From an uncultured Verrucomicrobiae bacterium (GTDB lineage Bacteria; Verrucomicrobiota; Verrucomicrobiia; Chthoniobacterales; UBA10450), in assembly GCA_963815455.1 (NCBI GenBank), contig CAWFGO010000001.1, forward strand, positions 896,001 to 960,000: 64,000 bases of DNA, written 5' to 3'. Under the pieces are notes generated by a model. That model ran no database searches and was not told where the DNA came from. It saw only the letters and a program-made list of their open reading frames with translations. Position numbers and translations under genes: made by a program. Below are positions 20,220 through 30,472 of this stretch, one piece after another; the first letter of the stretch is position 1, and every line of letters starts with the position of its first letter.

Positions 20220-20738
20220 ATGCGCCGTCTTTTCATTTTGCTGCTCGCCGTTTTTCCAGCGACCTCGTCGCTGCGCGCGGCCGATGAGTTACTACCCCCG
20301 TTCGGCTTTCGCTGGAACGATTCCATTTCCCGCGTGGAAGCGGTGCTGAAGGGGGCAAAAGCAAAGGTCGTATTGCGGCAGAAAAAAGAAGGCCGCGATG
20401 TTTGGACGGTGGAGGGGCTCGTTCATCCCGGCTTGAAGCAAACCCTCTTCACATTCAAGAACCGTGGTCTCTACGGCGTGGAATTGCTCTACGAATACGA
20501 TCGCCCCATTGAGTGGTACAACCAGCGGATGGGGGAAATCCGCAAGTATTTCGATGAAAAATACGGGACCGGGAAGTTGGTCTCTCGTACCCGCGATACC
20601 GATACCGACGTTGTTCAAACCCTGGTCGGATACCAGTGGATGGTGGGAGCCACCATGCTTCAGCTATTTTATTTCTCGGCCGAACGCGGGCCCGACCACG
20701 TCTACCGCGCGATCTCAGTTACCTACAAGGCGCTTTGA
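20220..20738 (+). CDS. Hypothetical exported protein
   Basis: Signal peptide MRRLFILLLA; plausible codon usage. Confidence 0.75.
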   Translation: MRRLFILLLAVFPATSSLRAADELLPPFGFRWNDSISRVEAVLKGAKAKVVLRQKKEGRDVWTVEGLVHPGLKQTLFTFKNRGLYGVELLYEYDRPIEWYNQRMGEIRKYFDEKYGTGKLVSRTRDTDTDVVQTLVGYQWMVGATMLQLFYFSAERGPDHVYRAISVTYKAL

Positions 20739-20768
20739 TCGTTATCCCGCTTAGCCCGGATGTTGTAG

Positions 20769-21377
20769 CTACAGCGTTGTCTCGCTGACCACCGATTCCA
20801 GATCTTTTTTCCGAATTGGCTGTCCGCGTTTTGTTTGCTTTTGCAGCCGCTTCAACCGGCTCGATAAAGCAGCCTTCGCGGCGGAATTCATTCGATCGAT
20901 GAAAAGAATCCCGTTGAGATGATCCACTTCATGTTGAATCGCCCGGGCCAGCAACCCACCCGCTTCGATCTCGATCATTTCCCCCTCCGGCGTCTCCGCG
21001 CGCGCGATCACCGATTTTGCACGCTCAATATCACCGGTGATTTCGGGAAAACTTAAGCAACCCTCCAGGCCAATCTCGGTTTCATCGGTCAGCGCAATCT
21101 CCGGATTAATCAGCACAATCGGCATCGCGCTCTTTGGATCGACCTCTTCGCCGTTCAACTTCATCGTGCTCGGCCGGTCTTCCACCTGGGAAATGTCGAT
21201 GACGGTGAGCTGAAGGGCTTCGCCGACTTGCTGCGCGGCCAGACCCACGCCGTTCGCCGCGTGCATGGTCTCGATCATGTTTTGCACCAGCTCGCGAATG
21301 CGATTGTCGATCTTGTCCACGCGCTTTCCTTTCGTCCGCAGGACCGGATCGCCGTACTGCACGATCGACAACTTCAT
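20769..21377 (-). CDS. def: Peptide deformylase
   Basis: GVGLAAQQ, EGCLS and QHEVDHLNG motifs. Confidence 0.97.
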   Translation of the reverse strand: MKLSIVQYGDPVLRTKGKRVDKIDNRIRELVQNMIETMHAANGVGLAAQQVGEALQLTVIDISQVEDRPSTMKLNGEEVDPKSAMPIVLINPEIALTDETEIGLEGCLSFPEITGDIERAKSVIARAETPEGEMIEIEAGGLLARAIQHEVDHLNGILFIDRMNSAAKAALSSRLKRLQKQTKRGQPIRKKDLESVVSETTL

Positions 21378-21784
21378 TTCTCGATCGTGTTGGTGAAGGC
21401 CGGCAGGTTCTTCACCCCGGCGAGTTTCAACGCGTCCATTATTCTAATGATCATCCCGAACGACGCCTTTTTATCGGCTTGCAGAGCCAGCGTCGATTTG
21501 CGATCTCCAGGCAAATCACGAATGGCGGTCTCCAATTCTTCCACAGTCACAGTGCGCCCATCCAACTTAATGTCGTCGTTTTCATCCACGCTCACGATGG
21601 CATGCTCGAGCTCGGCCGGCGCTTTCGTTGCGGTCTTGGATTCCGGCAGATTTATCTTCACCTCCGGCTGTTCCTTCTTGAACGTGGTGGTGACGACAAA
21701 AAAGATCAGCAGGATCGTGAGAATATCTACCAGCGAAACAATGATGATGGCCGGCGCCCGCCGCTTCTTAACCGCGAATTTCAT
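21374..21784 (-). CDS. exbD: ExbD/TolR biopolymer transporter
   Basis: SLVDILTILLIFF TM segment; INLP. Confidence 0.88.
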   Translation of the reverse strand: MKFAVKKRRAPAIIIVSLVDILTILLIFFVVTTTFKKEQPEVKINLPESKTATKAPAELEHAIVSVDENDDIKLDGRTVTVEELETAIRDLPGDRKSTLALQADKKASFGMIIRIMDALKLAGVKNLPAFTNTIEK

Positions 21785-21806
21785 GACGGGAAACGAAGTT
21801 CAACTC

Positions 21807-22532
21807 TCACGCGACCGGCTCGCGGGCCGGAGCCGGCATCGACGGTTTGACCGCAGGCTGCGGAATCTGACCAGCAAAGCGGCCGTAATAACACTTGGCA
21901 ATGAGATCAGCCACGAGTGATTCCATTTCCACCGACATTGCCTCAACTTTCTTTGAAAAATAACTGAACGCGATCAGGCTCGGCACGGCGATGCACAAGC
22001 CGAAAATCGTTGTGTTGAGCGCTTCCGAAATTCCGAGGGCGATTCCTTTGGTATCCGACGCAGCCACGCTCAATCCCAAATGCGAAAAGACATGCACCAA
22101 TCCGGAAACGGTCCCGAGAAGTCCGAGCAGCGGCGCGATGCCCGTAATCACTTCCAACACAACCAGCCCGCGCTCCAGCCTGACTATTTCCTGGCGGGCG
22201 CGCGTTTGCACCGCCTCGATGTTTTCCGCGCGAGGCCAGCGCAAATGTTGCAAGGCGACGCGAGCAATGCGCCCGAGCGCCGAGGGGTCATGATGAACAA
22301 TTCGAGCCAGTCGCTCAGGATTCGCCCCCGGCACGAGCCGCTCAATTTCGCTCTCGATCGTCGGCGGCATCACGCTCCTTTCGCGCAATGCGATGCCGCG
22401 CAAAATAATCGTCGTGACTGAGACAACCGAGCAAATCAACAGCGGCCACATGAACAGACCGCCCCGGGCAAAAAAGGCCGTCATCGTGTGCAGCGTGCCC
22501 GACACTTCAGCAATCATCCAGGCGGCGATCAT
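21807..22532 (-). CDS. exbB: MotA/TolQ/ExbB proton channel
   Basis: APLLGLLGTVSG and GISEALNTT motifs. Confidence 0.88.
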   Translation of the reverse strand: MIAAWMIAEVSGTLHTMTAFFARGGLFMWPLLICSVVSVTTIILRGIALRERSVMPPTIESEIERLVPGANPERLARIVHHDPSALGRIARVALQHLRWPRAENIEAVQTRARQEIVRLERGLVVLEVITGIAPLLGLLGTVSGLVHVFSHLGLSVAASDTKGIALGISEALNTTIFGLCIAVPSLIAFSYFSKKVEAMSVEMESLVADLIAKCYYGRFAGQIPQPAVKPSMPAPAREPVA

Positions 22533-23507
22533 CTAGTTAGCGTAAATGGTAAACGACATGTCTTCTTCCAAACCCTCAGGAGGCAGCGTGCTGGCCACGT
22601 CTTCCGGAATGGGCGGGAGCTGAATTTCGAGCACGGATTGCAGGCACACGTTGGCAAAAGCTTCGTTCGAACTGTTATCGACGACCTTCAGATTCGCCAC
22701 CCGGCCGCTCCGGTCAACCGAAAAGACCAGCCGGGCCGTGCCGATGCTGATCAAATCCCGGTCCCGACCCACATATAAATACCAGCGGGAGCCGACCGCG
22801 TCGTAGAGTTGCTTCTGGTAACGGCCGAGCGGCGTGGCCACGGCGTTGACCGACGATCTCCCGCGATTGCTGATGTTTCCGGCTATGCGTGTCTGCTGTT
22901 TCTCGGGGCGATATGCGGTCTTTGGCGGTTGCGCCTTGGCCGGCGTCGCTTTCTCGATCGGCGGCGGTGTCGGCGATTTGGTCAGCAAGGCGAACTGGTC
23001 CTGGCCCGGCGTGGGCACTGCGGTCGGCGCTTGAGATGGCTGGGGCGTTTGCATGGGCGGCGCGCTCGGCTGCGGCTGCGCGCCATCAACGGCCAGAGAG
23101 TGCTGTTGCGTCTGCATCTCAAGAAAGGGCCGCTCTTTGCCCTCTTGCGACGGCAACGGCGCCGAACCGGTCGCAGCAACTTCGCTCGCACCGACAGAAT
23201 TAGCGTTCGATTCGAATGTCTTCTCGGTCGGCTCGGCTGTCTGCTTCGATTCGTCATTCTCGATGAACATCGAATTCTTCGGCACAATCGGCGCCGGCGT
23301 AGCCAGATCGACGAAGGTCAGCTCGATCGGTTTTTCTTCGGCCGGGAACGCCGGCGACAGCGCGCCGCTCCAGGCCGCCAGCGAAAAAGCCACTAAGAGA
23401 TGAAGAAAAAGCGCGGCCAGGAATGCCCACAGAACTTTCCGGACTTCCTGTTTTCTTTCCGCCGCGTCATCTGCGGAATGGTCAATGATGAACTCCGCCG
23501 TGCTCAT
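22533..23507 (-). CDS. TonB/TolA-like energy transducer
   Basis: N-terminal TM segment with His, Pro-rich linker, TonB-C-like end; in operon with exbBD. Confidence 0.75.
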   Translation of the reverse strand: MSTAEFIIDHSADDAAERKQEVRKVLWAFLAALFLHLLVAFSLAAWSGALSPAFPAEEKPIELTFVDLATPAPIVPKNSMFIENDESKQTAEPTEKTFESNANSVGASEVAATGSAPLPSQEGKERPFLEMQTQQHSLAVDGAQPQPSAPPMQTPQPSQAPTAVPTPGQDQFALLTKSPTPPPIEKATPAKAQPPKTAYRPEKQQTRIAGNISNRGRSSVNAVATPLGRYQKQLYDAVGSRWYLYVGRDRDLISIGTARLVFSVDRSGRVANLKVVDNSSNEAFANVCLQSVLEIQLPPIPEDVASTLPPEGLEEDMSFTIYAN

Positions 23508-23525
23508 GAATCTGGAGGGCGAACA

Positions 23526-24677
23526 TTATCTCAGCCGCGACGGTGTGACAAACGACCTGCCTTTCTCCGACGACTCGGGTGAACCGCCCCTACCTTTGCC
23601 CTTATTACCCCTAAGGCAGGGACGATTCACCGGAATCGCCCGTTTCCGGCTCTTTCTGGCATGATGAAACAAATACTGCTGGGCATACCCTCCGTGTTCA
23701 CCAAAGTATTCTTGTGTGAACACCTGAAGCCGCGATGCGTTCAATTTTGGTGTGCGCGGAAAATAATTCTCCCGCAGGACACGCTCGATCCAGACGTCGA
23801 TTGGAAACGCCCGAAGGCGCTCGTAGGCAAAAAGCATCACACAGTTAGCAACCTTTGCGCCCACGCCCGGGAGCTGGCACAGCCTGGCCCGAAGATCGAC
23901 ATCGGATAATGCCGCGATCTGTCCTAGATCGACCTCTCCATTCGCCACCAGCCGGGCTGTCCCGAGCAGATTCTTGGCCCGATAACCGAGCGCGCATTCA
24001 CGCAGTTCTTGTTCGGAACTTTGGGCCAGCCGCCCCGCGGTAGGAAACGTGTAGACCGTGTGCTTATTGGTGGATCGAGCAGTCCTCAATGCCGGTCCGG
24101 CTCGGACCTCGATGTTAACAAATGTCGGCGAAGCCGAGTCGATTAGCATCGTCCGCGGAGCGGTCGATCCACCCTGCCGATTCTGAATCGAATCCTGAAA
24201 AGTAAGCTTGCTCGGTTCACCGAACCGTTCCCGCAGCGCCCGGGATATTTGACGAATGTGCGCGACCTGCTTCATCGACGAACAAATAAACATCGCCAGA
24301 CACTCCCATTTTGGTTGCCGCATAATCCGCAACCCCCGGCAAAAATCGCGCGCCGCATTCATGATCGGGTCGCTCGGAAACGTCGCGCAGATCTCCGCCA
24401 ACGGATGATCGAGCGCGAAATATTTGTGAATTGTGGCATGGGCATCGTGCCCATGTCTTTGTCCACATCGGCTGGAAGCCGATGCCACTTTCGCGCGCAG
24501 CGTTCCACCAACCTGCTCGACATAAGCCGGAACATCTCCAATCGTTCCCACAAATCCGTTGCCTGCGACGCCGTAGCCGCGCGAAGGCGCGTTGATCTTC
24601 TCCCAGTGGAAGACCTGGCCGGAATCGAGCGTTTTCGCGAGATCGAAGTCAGGCGCGTCAATTTCAATGACATTCAT
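23526..24677 (-). CDS. 8-oxoguanine DNA glycosylase (OGG_N + HhH-GPD) with multiple palindromic insertions
   Basis: FDLAKTLDSGQVFHW, GLRIMRQ, LGYRAK, LPGVGAKVANC, FPIDVW and GGYAQQYLF motifs. Confidence 0.88.
   Translation of the reverse strand: MNVIEIDAPDFDLAKTLDSGQVFHWEKINAPSRGYGVAGNGFVGTIGDVPAYVEQVGGTLRAKVASASSRCGQRHGHDAHATIHKYFALDHPLAEICATFPSDPIMNAARDFCRGLRIMRQPKWECLAMFICSSMKQVAHIRQISRALRERFGEPSKLTFQDSIQNRQGGSTAPRTMLIDSASPTFVNIEVRAGPALRTARSTNKHTVYTFPTAGRLAQSSEQELRECALGYRAKNLLGTARLVANGEVDLGQIAALSDVDLRARLCQLPGVGAKVANCVMLFAYERLRAFPIDVWIERVLRENYFPRTPKLNASRLQVFTQEYFGEHGGYAQQYLFHHARKSRKRAIPVNRPCLRGNKGKGRGGSPESSEKGRSFVTPSRLR
23572..23641. repeat. Two GTAG/GCAG-type hairpins in the glycosylase C-terminal extension
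   Basis: Reverse-complement GTAGGGGCGGTTCACCCGAGTC, and GCAGGGACGATTCACCGGAATCGCCC. Confidence 0.55.
24069..24173. repeat. GGTGGATC...GATCCACC element inside the glycosylase, with nested family D motif (24090-24107)
   Basis: Homologous to the intergenic copy at 32171-32258. Confidence 0.85.
24433..24488. repeat. Family B element (GTGGCAT...ATGCCAC) inside the glycosylase
   Basis: Double hairpin; homologous to the leuS copy. Confidence 0.85.
24561..24589. repeat. Family C element inside the glycosylase
   Basis: GCCTGCGACGCCGTAGCCGCGCGAAGGCG, encoding APSRGYGVAG. Confidence 0.75.
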
Positions 24678-24691
24678 CGGAGAGTGTTTTC

Positions 24692-24885
24692 GCCACAGAT
24701 TAACACCCGCCTTCGCCGGAAGCTACGGCGCGGCAGGCGAATGAATGGAGCGAATGGCATGAGCAACATAGAAGGCAAAGCCGCGACGGGTAGCGGCGAG
24801 CAAGTCGGGAGACGAGCGAGTTTCAAACACGGATGACGTGATTCGGATGGGAATTTATCCGTGTGAATCCGTGTTCATCTGTGGC
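24692..24885. repeat. IR-bounded element (GCCACAGATTAACAC / GTGTTCATCTGTGGC) with nested family C copy (24707-24737)
   Basis: 15-bp terminal IR with one mismatch; internal ATCCGTG repeats. Confidence 0.7.
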
Positions 24886-24899
24886 TAAGTAAGCCCGAC

Positions 24900-26508
24900 A
24901 TGGACGCCCGGCTGGCCATCGATAGCGCGGTTCTTCTTCTCTATTTCATTACCATCATTTCCATCGGCCTTTACATGGGCCGAAAAGAGGAAAGCCTGGC
25001 CGATTTCGCCCTTGGCGGCCGGCGCATTCCGTGGTGGGCGGTGCTGGCATCACTGGTGGCGGCCGAAACCAGCGCCGGCACATTTTTCGGTACGCCCGGC
25101 GAAGGATTCGCGCTGCGCAATTACACCTACTTGCAGCTCGCGTTCGGCACGATCATCGGACGCATCCTGGTCAGTTACATTTTCATCAAACCTTATTACG
25201 ACTACAAAGTCTTCTCGATCTACGAATATCTGACAGCGCGCTTCGGCGTCGCGAGCAAGAATGCGGCTTCCGCTGTTTTCATGATTACGCGCCTGCTCGC
25301 GTCCGGAGCGCGATTGTATGTGGCGGCCATCGCACTCGCTCTGGCCTACGAAATGATCAGCGGCACGCGACCAAACCAAACTCAAACTCTCTGGATCTAC
25401 ATCGGAGCCACGATTGCCATCGTCATTCTCACCGCGGTTTATACCACGTTCGGTGGAATCAAGGCCGTCATCTGGACCGATCTGATTCAAGCCTCGATCA
25501 TGATTGGCAGCGCATTGATCGCGCTGGGCCTGCTTTACTCGGCCATTCCCGGCGGCTGGCACGAAATTGTGCAACGCCACGGCCCATTCCAGTTCTCGGA
25601 TCTGATCGCAACCGGTCTCGATCCCGCCAGGCACGGGTGGGATCAAGTAAAGGGCATGTTCGAAACCGAATACACAATTTTTGCCGGCCTGATCGGGGCT
25701 GCGTTTATCACAATGGGCACACACGGCACCGACCAGGACATGGTGCAGCGAATGTTGACCGCGAAGGATATTCGCCGAAGCCGGCGCTCCCTCATTTTTT
25801 CAGGGCTCGCCGACATCCCGATCGCGTTCACGTTTCTCAGCATCGGATTGCTGCTCTGGGTTTATTATCAGGCTCATCCCGACCCGACATTGTCGAAAAC
25901 GCCGAACGAAACGTTCTGCCACTTCATTCTCTATCAAATGCCCGTGGGTCTTCGCGGGCTACTCATCGCCGGAATCTTTGCCACCGCCATGGGCTCGCTC
26001 AGCACAGCGTTGAACGCGCTCGCCACCAGTTTCACTCGTGATTGGTACGAGCCCTACATCAATCCCGGAGCGACCGACGAACAGAGCTTGCGCGCAGTGC
26101 GCTGGGCCACGGTGTGGTTTTCTGTCCTGATGATCATCGTTGCATCGACAACGGCCTATCTCGTCATCGTGCATCCCAACGTCCGGATCATTCCGATCGT
26201 GCTCGGAATTTTCGGCTACACCTACGGCTCGCTGCTCGGCGTCTTTTTCGCCGGAATGCTAACCAAGCGCCGCGGAAACGACCGCGGCAACATCATCGCC
26301 ATGATCTGCGGCTTCGTTGTTGTCGCCATCCTGAGCGGCTTGCCGAATAAGATTGCCGGACCTGGTCGGCGCGAAGCTTTACCAACAGCCCAGCTGGCTC
26401 CCGGTAATGGAATTTCCGTGGTGGATTTGTTTCGGAACAATCGTCACTTTTTCGGTGGCGATTCTTTTCCGGACTGGCCGTGAGCATCACCCGCCAGTCT
26501 CAAGTTGA
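24900..26508 (+). CDS. Sodium:solute symporter, with a 1-nt frameshift near 26360
   Basis: VIWTD, GTDQDMVQR and AMGSLSTALN motifs; last TM (FPWWICFGTIVTF) lies in the +1 frame. Confidence 0.88.
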
Positions 26509-26568
26509 GCGTTGGACGTTTACTCTGAAATCGGCCACGGCTTATCCGATTCGACAACAGAAGGCAAA

Positions 26569-26673
26569 ATGATCAACGAACTCGATGACATAATTCTTAG
26601 TCGCGACCTGCCGGAGCACGGTTTGAGCGCGGGTGATATCGGGATCCATTTTCCTGGGTTCCTGCTTTCCTGA
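26569..26673 (+). pseudogene. Truncated DUF4926-like remnant
   Basis: MINELDDIILSRDLPEHGLSAGDIG, then breaks into TTCCTG repeats and stops. Confidence 0.6.
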
Positions 26674-26744
26674 TTCAATCTGCGTTAATCTGCGAAATCT
26701 GCGGTCTCTCACCAACTCAGTCTGATGCGGCTGAGGACAGCCGA

Positions 26745-28514
26745 CTACACCTTCTTGTCGGCCAGTTTGATTCCCAAATCGCGCAACTGGCGCGGATCGA
26801 CATCGGCCGGCGATTGCGACATCAGGTCCATGCCGCGATTGTTTTTTGGGAAAGCCATGACGTCACGGATCGATTCTTCGCCGCAGACGAGCATGACTAG
26901 GCGATCGAGCCCGAGGGCGATTCCACCGTGGGGCGGCGCACCGAGACGAAATGCCCGGAGCAAATGGCCGAACATCGATTGTCGATCTTCGGCGCTGATG
27001 CCGAGCGCCTCGAACATTTTCTCCTGCAAGTCCGGCTCGAAGATTCGCATGCTGCCGCCGCCGATCTCGACCCCGTTCAAAACCACGTCGTAGGCTTCGG
27101 CCCGGATTTCGCCGAACTTCTTCGCTTCGAGCAACGGCATGTCCTCCGCTTTCGGCCGCGTGAACGGATGATGGACGGCGTTCCACTTGTTTTCCTCGGC
27201 ACTGAACTGCAGCAGCGGGAAATCGGTTACCCAGAGAAAATCGAGGCGCTCAGGATCAATATTCAACTTCTGCATCTCGGCGATTCGTAAGCGCAGCCGT
27301 CCGAGCACTTCGCAGGCGATCTCCCATTTATCGGCCGCGAACAGGATCAAATCGCCTTCTTCGACGTTTAGTTTCGATTGCAGCGCCGCCTTCTCCGCAT
27401 CGCTGAAGAATTTCACGATGGGCGACTTCCATTCGCCGCCTTCCACCTTGATGAAAGCGAGTCCCTTCGCGCCGAAAACCTTCGCGATCTCGGTCAGTTC
27501 GTCGCTCTGGCCAATTGTCAGCTTCGCAAAATTCTTCGCGTTGATCGCTTTTACTACGCCGCCGGCGTCGAGCGCTCCCCGGAAAACTTTGAAGCTGCTT
27601 GCCTTAAAATCTTCTCCAAGATCGACAAGCTCCATCCCAAACCGGCGGTCCGGTTTGTCGCTGCCGAATCGGCCAACCGCTTCGCGATAAGTCAGCCGGT
27701 CAAACGGCGTCTTGATGTCGATCTTGCGCGTGGCCTTGAAGATTGCCGCCAGCATTCCTTCAGTGAGCGCGTAAATGTCGTCCGGCTCGACAAACGAGGC
27801 TTCGATGTCGATCTGGGTAAACTCGGGCTGCCGGTCGGCCCGCAGGTCCTCGTCCCGAAAACATTTCGCGATCTGGAAATATTTTTCGACTCCGGCCACC
27901 ATGAGCAGCTGTTTGTATTGCTGCGGAGCCTGCGGGAGCGCGTAAAATTTTCCCGGCGTCAATCGGCTCGGGACCAAAAAATCGCGCGCACCCTCCGGCG
28001 TGCTCTTGGACAGAATCGGCGTTTCGACTTCGATGTATCCCTGACTATCGAGGAAGTCCCGCGTTGCTTTGGTGATCTGATGCCGCATCCGCAAATTGCG
28101 CGCGAGGTGCGGGCGCCGCAGATCGAAATACCGATAGGTTAGCCGCAGGTCTTCGTTGTGGATTTCTGCGTCGATCGGGAATGGCAAATCGTCAGCCCGA
28201 TTCAAAATCTTCAATTCGTGCGGGACGACTTCAATATCGCCGGTCGGAAGTTTTGGATTCTCCGTGCCCGGCACTCGCGCGGCCACGGGCCCGGTGACTT
28301 TAATTACGTCCTCGCTGCGCAAACTATGCGCTTGTTTTGCGACCTCAGCATTCTCTTCCGGACGGAAGACAACCTGGGTCAGACCCTCGCGGTCGCGCAG
28401 GTCGATAAAGATGACCCCGCCGTGATCGCGTGAGACGTGGACCCATCCGGCCAGCGTGACTTGCTTGCCGATGTCGGTCTTGCGAAGCGAATTACAATCG
28501 TGTGTGCGATACAT
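26745..28514 (-). CDS. aspS: Aspartate--tRNA ligase (likely non-discriminating)
   Basis: MYRTH, RDHGG, PQAPQQYKQ, FRDEDLRADRQPEF and PPHGGIA motifs. Confidence 0.97.
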   Translation of the reverse strand: MYRTHDCNSLRKTDIGKQVTLAGWVHVSRDHGGVIFIDLRDREGLTQVVFRPEENAEVAKQAHSLRSEDVIKVTGPVAARVPGTENPKLPTGDIEVVPHELKILNRADDLPFPIDAEIHNEDLRLTYRYFDLRRPHLARNLRMRHQITKATRDFLDSQGYIEVETPILSKSTPEGARDFLVPSRLTPGKFYALPQAPQQYKQLLMVAGVEKYFQIAKCFRDEDLRADRQPEFTQIDIEASFVEPDDIYALTEGMLAAIFKATRKIDIKTPFDRLTYREAVGRFGSDKPDRRFGMELVDLGEDFKASSFKVFRGALDAGGVVKAINAKNFAKLTIGQSDELTEIAKVFGAKGLAFIKVEGGEWKSPIVKFFSDAEKAALQSKLNVEEGDLILFAADKWEIACEVLGRLRLRIAEMQKLNIDPERLDFLWVTDFPLLQFSAEENKWNAVHHPFTRPKAEDMPLLEAKKFGEIRAEAYDVVLNGVEIGGGSMRIFEPDLQEKMFEALGISAEDRQSMFGHLLRAFRLGAPPHGGIALGLDRLVMLVCGEESIRDVMAFPKNNRGMDLMSQSPADVDPRQLRDLGIKLADKKV

Positions 28515-28521
28515 GTGTTTT

Positions 28522-28612
28522 GTCATTCCGAGCGAAGTCGAGGAATCCCGTTGGACCAGTTTAAGGTTCGCCGCGGGATCCTTCGACTTCGCTGCGCTGC
28601 GCTCAGGATGAC
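28522..28612. repeat. Family A palindromic element, overlapping the hisS stop codon
   Basis: GTCATTCCGAGCG...GCTCAGGATGAC; near-identical to the copy at 39850. Confidence 0.92.
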
Positions 28613-29853
28613 AAGCTGGATTGCGCTTGCAAGTGCGCAAGTAACTGATCTTGCGCGACCAGTCTCTCCTCTCGCGTCGCCAATGTCTTCACTTTCACCT
28701 GCGGCCATTCGTCGCCAAACAGGATTGCGATCCGCGCGCCGAGATGTTCGGCGATTTGAAACTGTTTCCCAACCTTTTCGGCCGTGAGCGGATAATCGAC
28801 TCGATAACCGCGATCACGAAGCTGCTGGATCTGGGCGAGCGCGTCGGCCCGCCGTTCCTCCTTCGCGATCACGGCGTAAATGTCGATCTTCGATCCGGCG
28901 GCGATTGCGTTTTTCATCGACTCCCGCGCGAGTGGCGTTTCGTTGATCAACTCACCGAGGACGACGTCGCCCATGGCAAAACCGAGCGCCGGCATGGAAA
29001 CCGCGTTGTCGCTGAGTTGTGCGATTAAATTGTCGTAACGTCCGCCGCCGGCGATTGCGCGGAATTTTCCCGCCCGATCGAACACTTCGAACACCATGCC
29101 GGTGTAATAAGCGAGCCCGCGAACGATCCGAACATCGACATCGACAAAATCCGCCAGCCCGCGGCTGCGCAGGCCTTCGACAACTTGATCGAGCTTCGCG
29201 CTCTTCCCGCCGCTTTTCAGAATCGCAAAAACCGAGTCGGCCAGCGGGCCGAGTTTTTCCCGCGTTTTCTCGGGCGATTCGCGTTCGGACTTATCGATTA
29301 CTTGCAGCAGTTGGTCCCAGCGATCCGGCGCGACATTTTTCTCGCGCAGAAAATCAGTCCAAAATTCCCGGTCGCTGATTCGCACTACGACATCTTTTTC
29401 GCTGAATCCAAACGCGCGCAGGATGTCGATGCAAAGGGCGACCAACTCGATATCCGCCGCGACCGCGGTTTCGCCGACGACGTCGCAGTTCAACTGATAA
29501 TGCTCGCGCAATCGGCCGCGTTGTTGCTTTTCGTAACGAAAGAATTGGCCAATGGAAAACCACTTGAGCGGTTTCTTGAATTCTCGTTCGTGCGCGGCGA
29601 CCACGCGGGCAAGCGTAGGCGTCAGCTCGGGACGCATGGCGACCTCGCGTTCGCCTTTATCGGTAAAATTGAAGAGTTGATCGACAATCTCGCCGCCGCT
29701 TTTTTTTCGATAAAGATCGGTCGGTTCCAAAATGGGACCGTCCCATTCGACGAAACCGTACCTGCGGGCGACTTCGCGCCACCGTTCGAAAATGTAATTT
29801 CGCGCGGCACAATCCGCAGGCAGAAAATCGCGAAAACCGGGTAAACGATCCAT
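28603..29853 (-). CDS. hisS: Histidine--tRNA ligase
   Basis: RPELT, FRYEKQQRGR, VRGLAYYTG and GGGRYD motifs. Confidence 0.96.
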   Translation of the reverse strand: MDRLPGFRDFLPADCAARNYIFERWREVARRYGFVEWDGPILEPTDLYRKKSGGEIVDQLFNFTDKGEREVAMRPELTPTLARVVAAHEREFKKPLKWFSIGQFFRYEKQQRGRLREHYQLNCDVVGETAVAADIELVALCIDILRAFGFSEKDVVVRISDREFWTDFLREKNVAPDRWDQLLQVIDKSERESPEKTREKLGPLADSVFAILKSGGKSAKLDQVVEGLRSRGLADFVDVDVRIVRGLAYYTGMVFEVFDRAGKFRAIAGGGRYDNLIAQLSDNAVSMPALGFAMGDVVLGELINETPLARESMKNAIAAGSKIDIYAVIAKEERRADALAQIQQLRDRGYRVDYPLTAEKVGKQFQIAEHLGARIAILFGDEWPQVKVKTLATREERLVAQDQLLAHLQAQSSLSS

Positions 29854-30000
29854 AGCTCAGGAACGGAAGAATAGCGCCGCCATACAGCCGCGCCCGCCAC
29901 CATTCACGAATCCAAGATAGAATCGGGCGAGCTCCAGGCCGGAGCAATAGGTTACAGGCACGGCGGGGCGCATCCGTTTAACCAAAGCAGAGGGACAAAT

Positions 30001-30435
30001 ATGAAACAAACCAGATTAATGAAAATATTGGCGGCAGGCGCGGCTTGCGCTTTTGCCATTAGCAGTGTGTTCGCTCAAGGAACGACCACGACCAGGACAA
30101 CTACGACAGATCCCGCGACCGGGACGACGACAACTGCGTCGACAACGACCAGTTCCGCCGGAACGATCGTGAGCACAGTGCCGGACTCGGATTACATTAC
30201 CTTCCGCACCACAACCAGTGCGGAGCCGGTCCGATATTATTACACCAAGAAGACAACCATCGTTGACCCGACAGGTCGCACTGTGACCTGGTCGGACGTC
30301 CGCCCGGATATGCCGGCGACGGTTTATTACGCCAACGAAGGCGATCGGGTGGTTGTGCGCAGGGTTGTGTTGAGTCAACCGGTGACGATCGAGAAGAAGA
30401 CCACGACCACTACGACGACTCATCACGAGGATTAA
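30001..30435 (+). CDS. Thr-rich exported hypothetical protein
   Basis: Signal peptide; poly-Thr tracts; GAGG RBS. Confidence 0.8.
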   Translation: MKQTRLMKILAAGAACAFAISSVFAQGTTTTRTTTTDPATGTTTTASTTTSSAGTIVSTVPDSDYITFRTTTSAEPVRYYYTKKTTIVDPTGRTVTWSDVRPDMPATVYYANEGDRVVVRRVVLSQPVTIEKKTTTTTTTHHED

Positions 30436-30472
30436 AATGTAACACTCGTCCTGCGGGACGATGTGCAAATTC

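Noticed and set aside
28515..28640. 42-aa N-terminal extension of AspRS, and similar extensions on folD, glpX, leuS and rdgB ORFs
   Set aside because: These are translated repeat or intergenic sequence; the conserved starts (MYRTH etc.) lie downstream, so they were not counted as in-frame insertions.
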